A DNA stretch of 64,000 nt from Leucoraja erinacea. Lineage: Eukaryota. Of the stretch, positions 37,250-49,509 are shown in pieces (position 1 is the stretch's first letter; each line of letters begins with the position of its first letter). A model generated the notes under the pieces. That model saw nothing but the letters and a program-made list of their open reading frames with translations. It searched no databases and was not told the origin of the DNA. The position numbers and the translations under genes were made by a program. The stretch is taken from positions 27,404,001 through 27,468,000 of the forward strand of contig NC_073391.1 in the NCBI RefSeq assembly GCF_028641065.1, read 5' to 3'.

Positions 37250-38764
37250 TATTGCTCAGACTCAATGTATAGCTCAGTCTATGGGGCTGCAGTGACCCCT
37301 GTGCTGCCGAACACTTCTAACACATGGACTTCAGTAGTCACCTCAAACCACTGCAGAGCTTCCATCAACACCATCTTTCCAAAATCCTCCAAAGTTAACA
37401 GTAGGTCAAGCTGTTGGTGTTTTCACCCAGGTCAACATTACCAGCACGGTGGCTATAATTTTATTCAACCACTTTGATGGCTGGGGAATGGGAAGGATGG
37501 AGAGAGGATCACATCATCTGCAGCCCATCACAATTCTCAAAACAGACCTGTTTGTCATTCAACATGGAAAGAGCTTACCAGGGCAAACAAGTCAAGGATA
37601 TCCTCAAAGCCTCCTAAGACAAAAGAATGAATTCCCTCACCAATGTGTAAGATTCCCTGGTTCATGAACATTCAAATTGAAAAGAGCACCCAGGATGCAG
37701 CCAAAAGCTTCAAATCCCTTCATCGGTATATAGAAGGAACTCAGCACACCCCTAACTCACTCAAGTTCGTGAGTCATATATTGATCTTTTGAGCCATCTC
37801 AGAGCACACGGAACTATAGTGAAAACAGGTCATCCTCAATCCTAAGGGAATAGCTAAGAAAGCAGATTCATACATGTTGAAACCCTTCAAATGTTTCACA
37901 TGTGAATATTTGCTAAGCATGTGCCCTGCATTATAATGTGGAGTGAAGGAGGAGGGGGCGGAAGGGGGAGAATGGAGAGGGAGGGATAAACAAATCTCAA
38001 TTAACACCTTCCTGTGGGTTTTGATTTCAAAGATTTTGTGAACAGAGTTCAAGAAATAGAAAATTCTCCTTTAACCCTGACCACAAGTCATCCCTCAACT
38101 AACACCCCCCTGAAAAAAAATACTTTGAGAAATGCAAGTCCCAGCCCTTTTGGAGGGTGTGCAGGGAGTGCAAGACTTTTGACACAGAAATTATGAGAAC
38201 ATCACAAAGCAATTCACTACATGCCAAAAAAAATCTGGGGTCTTTAAATCTGATAAATGCAAGTTGTTTCCTTCTTGCAAGTATCAGTCAGAAAATATAC
38301 CTGAGGCATGGTGATCTACCACTTAACTATGGTGAACTGGTTGACACATAGCAGGGACTGCGTAGCTCAGTAATACTCGCATTTACTAAGTATTTAGAGC
38401 ATTCAAAAGGACAGGATTACAACTAAACAATGCAATCACATTCAGTAATCAATGAGTTCAATATAAACCACTGTTTTGAATAGTCACCCATTAAGCATCA
38501 TTTGGCCAGATTAAACATGAATGGCTGCAATGGGAAAAATACAAACAATAACACTTTGAGGCAGGAAGGTGTGTTCCTAAAGATCTACTTCAATCTGACC
38601 AATCACAGTATGTTCCATTCATTGGTATATAAAATTCATTATTTCCTTTATTCACCATTAGAAAATAGAAAAGGTTGTAAAACAATAGGAAGAACTATGA
38701 TTTGTAGAATAGATTTTTTAACAATCAAAGAGGCTGAACAAAAGTTAATCTGATGCTCACTCAC

Positions 38765-38859
38765 CTGATCCTCATCATAATTGGGATCTCGGACATCCAC
38801 TTCTTCCACATCATACACTTCACCAGGTGTGCCCCAGACACCTTTACCTCCTGCTCCAC
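38765..38859 (-). CDS. PDCD4: PDCD4 coding exon 3 (GGAGGKGVWGTPGEVYDVEEVDVRDPNYDEDQ)
   Basis: tag acceptor, CAG|GTGAGT donor, 95 nt, hallmark GAGGKGVWG...DPNYD motif. Confidence 0.97.
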
Positions 38860-39062
38860 CTACCAATAGAATTGTATGATTAAAAATGAGAAATAAACAT
38901 ACGTATCAATTTTGTAAAACCGTATCATGTTTATTCAAATATTCTGGGAAGAGAGACTCCGACTGGAAACAATCTAAAGATTATTTAAAAATAAGTCTAG
39001 TCCAAGAAACTACTGAGTGCTAACCAAAGTTACATTTTGTATCTAAAAATTCCTAGTAGTTA

Positions 39063-39314
39063 AGGGCCTGTCCCACTTACGTGACCTTTACAGGCGACTG
39101 CCTGTACACGTCATAGGTCGCCGAACTTTTCAACACGTTGAAAATTCAGCATCGACCAGAACGATGCTACGACTCTTTGGAGACCTCTCACGACCATAGG
39201 CTGTAGGTTTGAGAGGTCTCCTATGGTCGTGAGAGGTCATCCGCAACATGTCACCAGGGGTCGCCTGTATGGTCGTGAGAGGTCTCCAAGGGTTGCGTAA
39301 GTGGGACAGGCCCT
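39063..39314. mobile_element. PIF/Harbinger MITE
   Basis: TIR AGGGCCTGTCCCACTTACG, TTA TSD, internal TATGGTCGTGAGAGGTC repeats. Confidence 0.85.
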
Positions 39315-39607
39315 TTACCAGCCAATCTGAACATACTATTCTAACCCAATATTCTTAATTCTACACAATTACAAATATTTAACTCAAATTTGTACCTATT
39401 TGTATTAAAAAAAAAACATACCAAGGCAATGTGCATCAAGTTATATATAGTACAAAGGTGTTTATGAAGGGCTTTCTGTTAACCTCAATTCACAAAAAAC
39501 ATGACTAACACGCTCCATCACACTACTCTCGTTAAATTACCTTTGATTGGTAATACTATGCCAAATTATTTTACCAGCTTACCTTCCTGATATTTTCTGG
39601 ACACTTG

Positions 39608-40630
39608 TAGTAAGGGCAGTGGTGGTGGAGGAGAGGTCTAGCAGAGCGGTTGGATTGAGGCAGCAGGGAGCTTGGACAAGGATTGAGGCAGCAGGGAGCC
39701 TGGACGGAAAAGTCACATGGACTGAGTTCTGGCAGGCTGAACCTCACCGCATCAAGTTCCTGGTCCAGGCAGTGTATGATGTCCTGCCCAGCCCATCAAA
39801 CCTCTTCATCTGGGGCAAAGCTGAATTTCCGGATTGCCCGCAATGCTCAGGCAAGGGGACGTTGGAACACATCCTGAGCTACTGCCCAAAGGCTCTTGGG
39901 CAGGGCCGGTACACCTGGCGTCACAACCAGGTTCGTAAACCCATTGCAGAAGCCATCAGCATGGGAATCAATAGCTGCAGATGAGCACCGCCCACCACCC
40001 AGATGTTCACCTTCGTGAAGGCCGGAGTGCAGCTGTCAAGAACCACAGCAGCCAGGAATCCGTCAGGAATCCTGGCGACTGCGCAGGACTGGCAGCTTTC
40101 TGTAGACCTGGTGAAACAGCTGAAGTTCCCACAGCACATTGCCACAACCACCCTGAGGCCAGACATCCCCCTGGTCTCAGAGGCGACCAAAAACATTGTC
40201 TTGTTGGAACTGACAGTACCATGGGGGGACCGACTGGAGGAGGCCCACAAGAGGAAGATGACCAAGTACGAAGAGCTGGTCATAGACTGCTATAAGCAGG
40301 GCTAGAAGGCAAGGTGTATGCCCATTGAGGTTGGCCGCAGAGGTTTTGCAGGGCAATCGTTCTACAAAGCCTTGAGTGCACTGGGCATCAACGGAGTGGC
40401 GAGGAGAAGAGCCATCAAGAACAGAGGCAGCGGAGAATGCCTCGAGATGGCTCTGGATCAGGAGAGAAGGTCCATGGGGAGGAGCGAATGCCACCTGAAC
40501 ACAAGTCGTGGTCTGATCAACCACGGCTGGGTCGCCTGGGTGAGGGTGGCTGATGTTGAAAGAACTGAAACAACCAATGACCTCAAGTTACATCACTAAT
40601 GATGTATTCAGGAGCATCAATAGATGTATT
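39608..40630 (+). mobile_element. 5'-truncated HERO-clade (R2 superfamily) non-LTR retrotransposon
   Basis: CCHC knuckle CPQC...HILSYC, RYTWRHNQV, restriction-like endonuclease LRPDI...LLELTVPW...KMTKYEEL, PIEVGRRGF; in-frame stops; tandem duplication at ~39651-39707. Confidence 0.85.
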
Positions 40631-43600
40631 TTTATCAAAGGATATAATGCATTCCAGAAATTGTTGCTAAACAAGTAGTGGATCTTGGCTTCACCTGTTC
40701 ACACTTATATTTCACCTTCACAAACAGCAGCTAACTTATACTCATTTCAACTGAATGAAAATCAGATGCAAATCCAGTCACATAAACATAAGCAACATCA
40801 ATGACTCTTTATACCTTTTTCTTCTTCACATGCCACTGCTCCCTCAACAATGCTTAGTGAACAGTCTGTGCAAGATCATTCCCACCCAAAATCCTGAACG
40901 AGCACATGTGATCCACAACATGTGATCCCTCAGCCCTCGGGCTCCTCCTCCTCCTTTTTCCTTTTTTCTCCCCGCCATCCCCCATCAGTCTGAAGAAGGG
41001 TTTCGGCCCGAAACGTTGCCTATTTCCTTCGCTCCATAGATGCTGCTACACCTGCTGTTTCTCCAGCTTTGCATACCTGTGATCCACAACAACCTAGTTC
41101 TGAATCGGTTTAAAATACATTAAGATATAGAAAATTGTTAAGCATTAAATTACAAACTCGAAAGGACTGACTGGCATGAAAAGCCGCATTCTACGGTTAA
41201 AACTAAGATATCAAGGTTTAGTCAGAGTAAAGAACTAATGCTTCACTGCAGCTACCCAGTGTACAAAATAAATACTTAAACATAAAACAATGGACATACA
41301 GAAGATCAAGGAGCATTTGTGGGTAAATAAATAGTTTTGGGTGTGAAGTCAGTGGTGCAGCACCTGGGTTCAATCCTGACCACGGATTATGTCTGTACGG
41401 AGTTTGTATGTTCTCCCTGTGACCGCATGGGTTTTCTCCGGTGCTCCGGTTTCCTCCCACTCCAAGGATGGACATGTTTGTAGTCAATTAGCTTTGGTAA
41501 AATTGTAAATCATCCTTAGTATGTACGATAGTGCTGGTCGACACAGACTCGGTGGACCGAAGGGCCAGTTATCACGCTGTATCTCTAAAGTCATCAACCA
41601 ATGGCTTTAACACTGTTCCTCACGCTACAGATGCTGCATGACATGCTGAGTATTTACTGCGTTTTTTGCTGTTTTCCTGCCAAATTATAGTGTAGCCAAA
41701 TTAGTTTAAAATAATTGTCTAAGGAAATGGCACCAAAATGAAAACGAGGTGCTGCAAATGACAAACACGGTATCTGTCAGGAGTTAAAAATGAACCTCAT
41801 CTGGCTCTGCAACCACTTAAAATTGGATGGGCAAGCCACTAATCTTGCAGAAAGCCGGGTAAACTCACAGCTGTTGTACTAGTCAAGTTCTCCAGTTCTG
41901 AGAAGTAAGATTCTCTGTACTTCTGTACAAGGTGTTCTGGTGTTTCCAGATCCATTATGCAGCATAAAACGAATCCAATAAAATTCAATATGGCATTTCT
42001 GTGCTGGCTATTTACAAAACAAACTGTCCCCCAATGCTTTAAGGAAAAGTATTACAAAATGCCACAATTTCCTGTATATATAATCCATTCCATTTGACAA
42101 CAATGACATCAGTTTTAGCCACCCATTTAATAGCAGACCAAGGAAAGCCAATGACCACATCATTTAATTAGCTGTAATTTGATCCAAAATAAGTTGGAAT
42201 AAGGAACCAAAGTCATCTTAAAAATGTGCTGTAATTGGTTGTAGTATTGAATTTTTAAACTATGGTCACATCCAGGATCAGTTATTCCTTTGTCTACATA
42301 TTAACCCACTCTTTTCCCATCTCAGCCTTTGCCAACTTTCATTCATTTTCGATTCCCCAGCGCTTTGATTTCAAAGTCCCTTTGCTTTTGTCATATTCTC
42401 CCTGCATACATGTTTGCAATTCTTGGTGTTTCCTACTAAAGGGTTTAAGTAGTACACTGCACAGTTAGATTAAAAACAGATCCTTGAAAGAAATTGGGAC
42501 AGTTCCAAATTATTTAATCAATTAAGGATACCCTCGGCAATAGAAGTGTAATATTTAGAAATGGACGAAAATCTGTTGTGAAATTGATAATGAGAAGGGT
42601 AATACTAGGCTACAAGATGTTGTTGATCAGTTGGCAAGATGGAGAGAGCAATGGTAGGTAACATTTAATTCTTAAGGAATAATGCATGTAGGGAGAACTG
42701 AGAAGGCCATGACATACAATAAATTAAATCCATAGGGAATATTGAGGAATAAGGAAGCTTGTATATGTCCACGGATCCCTGAAGATGGCAGCACTGGTTA
42801 AAAAAAGATGATCAAGAACACACTTGAGATACTTGCCTTCATTAACCATGGCATAGAATAAGAGGAAAATTATAGTATGGCATTAATTAGGCTCCAACCT
42901 GTGTCTACATTGTGTCAAGTTCCAGTCACACCCCACAGGAAGTATAGGATTACACTGGAAAGGGTGCAAAGGAGATTGACCAGGATGTTGTCTAGGCTGG
43001 AACTTTTCAGTATTGATGAGAGCCTGCATTGGCAGTGTTTGTTTCCCTTGGGGTGGACCTGAGTTTTACAAAATTATGAGGGGCATAGGTAGCATAGATG
43101 GTGAGAAATACTTCCCTGTAGCAATGATTTTGAAAAATAAAATATGTAACAGTAAGAGGCTCAGAGCCAAGGAAGAACTGCACCAATCCCATTCATATCC
43201 CCAAGGGGTGGTTGGAAGCTGTGATTGTTCGCAGATTCTTACATCATTTAAGAAGTATCTAGATGAGTGTTTAAAAATTGCAGAGGTATTAGAGGCTAGG
43301 TACTATGTGCAAGTTCTCAAAAATGAAATTAGTACTTGACAGTCATCATGGGACACGGTGAGCAAAATGACTCATTTCTGTACAAGAATGACTGTTACAT
43401 GATGTGCAAGATTTACAAAACCAAACAAAATCACATCTGTAAACACTATCCCATTAATCAGAGAAAATCTCCAAGAATGAAGCTGGATTTTAAGTTAAAT
43501 GTATCAACACAGATTTAAAGATGCCAATACTAATCTAAACATTAGAGAAACAAACCTTGCTCCACAATCAGCACACCATTACTTTAGTTTAGTAAAATGG

Positions 43601-44144
43601 TAAATACCAAAAGAATAGAATACAACATTACAGAGTTTATATTGTCAGTAAACAAGACATTTACCAAATGTTCAGATGTCATCCAGCTATTGAGAAGATA
43701 TTTTGCTCTCAACATGTTCTAAACACACCTCATCAAGACAATAAGGTAAAGTTCTCTTTCAAAAAGCTGACAGTAATGACATTTCCAAGATCGTGATTTT
43801 TCAAAAAAGCTGGCTCACACAAATTATTCAATGTGATGTTAGTCTTAAATAGTAAGTTAAAACAGTGAGAAGTGAAGACATGCAAAACTAAGGTAACAGA
43901 ATTCTGGTTACCAATGAAGTGCATTGAATAAATAACAAATGGTGAGTGCGGACTGCAAGATATCATGGTATCAAAAGACACCATTAGATTTAATTGCCTG
44001 TTAAGATCCTATAAATTATTGTTCCCAAGTAGCATGTTGCAAGACTTTACCTGTTTTTCCTACATGTTCCTCTTCAAAATGTTTTCTATAGAAAGTACAT
44101 CCATGAAAGTTAATCAGTTCCAAAGTAAATCCTCAAATACTTGC

Positions 44145-44441
44145 CTTTCTTAGGCAGTCCTCTTCCTTTCCCCATCCGTGATTTCCTGTCCAACATTTTT
44201 CCCTTTGGGCTATTGGGAATAACATTTCGGCTACTCTCCCCATTATCACTGAGAGAATCTCCTCGCCCAGAATCCCGAGACGAGTTCTTCCTCAAACGTC
44301 TCTTGGCTTTGGCTTTGAGCCGAGCTTCATGAATGGACGTCTCTCGTGATATCCAGTTCCCATTGATTTCATTTGGCAGTATAATGGCTTCAGTTTGATC
44401 TTCATCTCCAGACAACATGTTACTAGTACTGTTGTCAAGTT
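44145..44441 (-). CDS. PDCD4: PDCD4 coding exon 2 (ELDNSTSNMLSGDE...KAKRRLRKNSSRDSGRGDS...GKGRGLPKK)
   Basis: ctttcag acceptor; 297 nt; contains the S6K1 site RRLRKNSS and beta-TrCP degron DSGRGDS; ends at a non-canonical AAAG|GCAAGT donor. Confidence 0.95.
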
Positions 44442-45229
44442 CTGAAAGAGCAAGTTGAGCCATTAAGTCAACAATGGTATTCACAATTACCCGTAGTAAA
44501 AGTACAATATAGAGTGTACTTTTCAAGGTGGAAACAAGCAACAGAAAAACAAATAACAGCAGTAGCAGCTGACAATTTCACCTGCAACATCTGTGCCACC
44601 AGTGGTGAATCCCAACATGGAAAAATAATACACCCTACTTTTACTGGCCGCAATTGCAGATCACCTGAAACCAAGATCATAAATTCAGAGCTATTGTCTA
44701 CAAAGCATACAAGCTGGTCACCTTCAGTCAGTCTAAAGAAATTATAAAGCACCTGAAAGGGAAAAATGTACCCAAAAAACAACGTGCAGACAGCTTAACC
44801 TGCACAATATTACTTGTCCTGAATTTTTTTTACCAATGTCTGTGAATATGCATTATCTACAAATAGTACTTAGAACGATACTAAGTACTAGATTATAGCT
44901 TTAGCTATATAGATCTTGACTCATTCATTTCTCCACTTCAAGTGAGAATATGCACCAATGTTTTATAAACTTTGCTACCCTACATCTTGCTGGATATCCC
45001 ACACGTGAGAAAGTTTATAACTTACCTCCAACTAGTGTGCTCACCTTCCACTTCCCTAAAGAACCATGTGACACGTTCCAAAATCAAAGACATTTCTTGT
45101 TGATACATACCTTTCCTTAAAGGTGAATGGTTAGGCAGACTAATACTGAAGGTAAGTACAGTAATCTATCATATGCCCTCGGTATCCCAATGGTGCAATC
45201 TTTTATACACTTGCAATATTTAATTTTTT

Positions 45230-45381
45230 TAATTAACATGTTGAAAAATTTTCGGCGACAGTGGCAACAATTTTTGCTGTCGTAGGTGCTGTTGTAGGTT
45301 GTCGTTAGGTGTCATTGGTGAATTCCATTAAAACTAGTCCCTCGCAGTCGCCTAAAGAGTCGCCAAAGTGGGACAGGCCCT
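45230..45381. mobile_element. Truncated Harbinger MITE (right end only)
   Basis: Ends GTGGGACAGGCCCT|TTA; left boundary approximate. Confidence 0.7.
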
Positions 45382-46623
45382 TTACTATGCTCAACGCTTC
45401 TGACTTTTCTCTCATTCTTTTTATATTCAACTAAGCATTCCTTACTTCATCTTTTTGCATGCCTACTCTTAAAAAGAAACATCACACAATCTATCCATTC
45501 AATCACTGCAGAAAACCTAAAAGTAAAACTCATCTCTGTCATTCCTTCTTCCAGCATCAGATCTATTAACTTGGGGTCCACTTCAATCTTGGTAGCATTC
45601 CAAAGTGTCTTCAACCTTTTACTTAATTTTCTCCAAAACACATCAGCCAAATGCAAGGCAGAAATATTACCTCATTTTTTCATCTAGAACTTGGTGCCAA
45701 TGGATAATTTGTCATACATATATGTTCATCTAATCCACACACATTACAGTTAAACCAGCAGCATGAATACATTTAATGATGACATTGCTACTAGTTCCAT
45801 GTTGCACCTTTCAAAAAGCAAATTATCCCCAGAACCAGATGAGCCTACATGTAATCTGCTAATCATTTCAGTTTAAAACTGATAAATACTATATTTCTGG
45901 TATTAATAGGACAAACTGATATAAATAGGATAGAAAAATATAGGCCACTACAACACTTTATCAAGTGTTAAGCAACACTTCATCAAGAAAACTTAAAAAT
46001 ATTAAGTCAGCATAATTTGTTTTAATAATTTTAAGAAATGGTGGTGTACATATTTGCTTTGAGTAATGGATATAGAAGAAGCAAATGGTGAAAAATTAAG
46101 GAACAAATGCAATGACAAGAAAGATAGCTTGAAAATAAGAGACACAATAAACAATAAAAGTTCTTGAAGCCAGATGTACCATAGAGAAAAGCAAATTGCT
46201 CCATTCTACTTCTAATTCAAAGCAGTAAGATCAAGTGAATTGCATTTGAGAAAGATACATGCACACATTAGCACAATTTTGCTCCTATTCAAAACAAAAC
46301 AATTTATATACACTAAAACGACTGGCTGGAATCTTAAATTTTCATGAATATATTTATGGTGAACTTGATCCTGGAATTAGCTCCATTGCCAATCACCAAG
46401 GCATTGGAACAACAAATAATTTGAATGGCTATGCAAACTAAAACTCTGCAATTAACTTTTTATATGAAAAAGACAACAGTGAGAGTCCTTGATTGAATGC
46501 TGTTAACAGCTGAACAATGAATCACAAATCATGATGGTCACAGTAAGCCCATTTTTGTTAATGAACGTCAGTGTTAAACACCATGCAAATTGATTTCAAT
46601 TAAACTCCATATCATGAACTTAC

Positions 46624-46650
46624 CTGAAATCTCAATTACAGAATGTATCC
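46624..46650 (-). CDS. PDCD4: Candidate 27-nt frame-preserving PDCD4 micro-exon (GIHSVIEIS)
   Basis: Long pyrimidine tract ending cttcccag, perfect CAG|GTAAGT donor, phase 1-1, no stop. No transcript evidence. Confidence 0.45.
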
Positions 46651-47883
46651 CTGGGAAGAGGGAGGTTTGGACAATTGGAAAGATGGAAGGAATGGGAGAG
46701 AGGACATGGATAGCTGGTCTCAGCAGGAGAAAGTGAAACAAAAATGCTGTGCTATTTTTCCAACTAGATGGCTAAAGGTGATATTACTCAGTATGTTAAC
46801 CAATGATCCATGTCAACATACAAGAAGAGTGGAACTACCGCAGACCCCGCATCTTCTGAGATTGGTCTTCAACTACAGGCAGTTCTGCTATGATGCAATA
46901 GGTGTGCTCCTCAGAAACCTTGCATTATAGAAAATCCTGTTATAAAAACAATTGCGTCAATGGGAAAAAAGGGGATTAGGGCCAAGAGGGTTTCAGATTC
47001 ACAGTCACAACGTTTTTATGCAAGATTTTCAAATATAAATGCCTTTTTAATATTACAAGTTTATTTTTGCTATTGTATCCAAAAAATATTAAAGAATGTA
47101 TGATACATCACAACATAGGGTATCACTGCAAAAGTGTCAATAGAAGTGATTGCTTGTCAATATCAATAGTTAACTGCAGTGAAAGAGATCAACTGCGTTC
47201 CAGATACAATGACGTCTGATTGTTGCGGGGAGGTTACATTGAAAGATTCTTTTCCTCAAGACTATGTTTTATCCAAGAGAGCTTTTTTGTCTTCTTATAA
47301 CTTCCAAAGTAACTTTTAAGTGGTAACTTTATGATCAAAATTGCATTATAAGTTATTTAATAACTTAACAATATTACTTTTGAAATTTTTAAGTAGAAAA
47401 ATAGGTTGGCTTGGAAAAAATTCAAGAGAAAAATAGATCTTTCTTTACAACCTCCCTGCAATAATTCAGCCTGTATAATACAAGTAGTATTCCCCAATTC
47501 ATCAATCACATATTCAATCCATATTATGGAAACATGCATTATAGCAGAATTACCTGTATTGAGAGAAAGATGAACTACTTTTGAAAAATTTTAATTTGGA
47601 ACTTTTTAGATTTGGATTTGGATTTAGATCAACCCAAATTACTCTAAAAATAATTTGGTAATATTTAGAATCATACCATAAAAATACCTATTCCCCAACA
47701 AACTGTTAACTAAAATGCAATTCCTCAAAGTTAATTTAGTTAAAACCACGGGTTTTTCAAAACAAAGTCCTTGAATCTATTCATTACAATTTATGGGGAA
47801 ATTGTAATATTTGCCAATTAGGAATCAAGCTGGGTTATTTGGACAATTCGGGATAGTTATAAAAATACAAAATAATTCATGTA

Positions 47884-48068
47884 CAGTGCCTCCATAATGT
47901 TTGGGACAAATATCCATTGTTTATTTATTTGCCACTGTACTCCACAATTTGAGATTTGTAATAGAGAGAAGAAAAAAATCACATGTGGTTGAAGTGCACA
48001 TTGTCAGATTTTAATAAAGGGCATTTTTATACTTGATTTCACCATGTAGAAATTATAGTAGAGTTTAT

Positions 48069-48105
<37 letters not shown>

Positions 48106-49509
48106 ATTTTAGCGCACCATAATGTTTGGGACACAGCAATGTCATGTAAATGAAAGTAGTCATGTTTAGTATTTTGTTACATATCCTTTGCATGCAATGA
48201 CTGCTTGAAGTCTGCGATTCAAGGACATCACCAGTTGCTGGGTGTCTTCTCCGGTGATGCTCTGCCAGGCCTGTATTGCAGCCATCTTTAGCTTATGCTT
48301 GTTTTGGGGGCAAATTCCCTTCAGTTTTCTCTTCAGCATATAAAAGGCATGCTCAATTGGGTTCAGTTCAGGTGATTGACTTGGCCACTGAAGAATTTAT
48401 CATTTTTTAACTTTGAAAAACTCCTTTGATGCTTTAGCACTATGTTTTGGGATCATTGTCTTGCTGTAGAATGAACCACCGGCCAATGAGTTTTGAGGCA
48501 TTTGTTTGAACTTGAGCAGATAGGATGTGTATACACTTCAGAATTCATTATGCTACTACCATCAGCAGTTGTATCTTCAATGAAGATAAGTGAGCCAATG
48601 CCTTCAGCAGCCATACATGCCCAGGCCATAACATCCGGCACCACCGTGTTTCACTGATGAGGTGGTATGCTTTGGATCTTGGGCAGTTCCTTCTCTCCTC
48701 CATACTTTGCTCTTGCCATCACCCTGATATAAGGTAATCTTCGCCTCACCTGTCCACAAGAACCTTTTCCAGAACTGTGGTTGCTCTTTTAAGTACTTAT
48801 TGGTAAAGTGTAATCTGGCCATCCTATTTTTGTGGCTAACTAGTAGTTTGCATCTTGCAGTGTAGCCTCTGTATTTCTGTTCATGGGTCTTCGACAAATC
48901 GACACCTGACTCCTGCAGAATGTTTCTGATAGGTGTTTGGGGATTTTTCTTTATTATAGAGATTCTTCTGTCATCAGCTGTGGAGGTTTTCCTTGGCCAG
49001 CTAGTCCCTTTGCTATTAGTAAGTTCACCAGTGCTCTCTTTCTTCTTAATGATGTTCCAAACAGTTCATTTCAGTAAGCCTAAAGTTTGGCTGATGTCTC
49101 GAACAGTTTTATTCTTGATATGGCTTCTTTGACTTTCATTGGCGCATCTTTGGTCCTCATGTTGATAAACAGCAATAAATGTTTCCAAAGGTGATGGAAA
49201 GACTGGGTGTTGAGAGCTCTCTTATACCTGCAGTAAGGAGGCATTTAAACACCCCTGAGCAATTACAAACACGTGTGAGGCCTTGTGTCCCGAACATTAT
49301 GGTGTCCTGAAGTGGGGGGGACTATGTATAAACACAGCTGTAATTTCTACATGGTGAAACCAAAATGTGCAAAAAATACCCTTAATAAAATCTGACAATG
49401 TGCACTTTAACCACATGTGCTTTTTTTCTATTACAAATCTTAAATTGTGGAGTACAGAGGCAAACAAATAAATGATGGGTCTTTGTCCCAAACCTTATGG
49501 AGGCCACTG
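47884..49509 (-). mobile_element. Full-length decayed Tc1-like (IR/DR) DNA transposon
   Basis: TA|CAGTG...CACTG|TA ends, long TIRs with inner/outer direct repeat CCATAATGTTTGGGACA, frameshifted transposase (ORFs 48453..48644, 48604..48897). Confidence 0.93.

Noticed and set aside
44442-44541. In-frame ATG (MAQLALS...) as PDCD4 start
   Set aside because: Lies upstream of a good ctttcag acceptor; the 52318 ATG exon provides the matching phase and a recognisable N-terminus.
48070-48105. Long C/G homopolymers (also 4349, 50015, 58202)
   Set aside because: Simple slippage or sequencing expansions, some within repeats.
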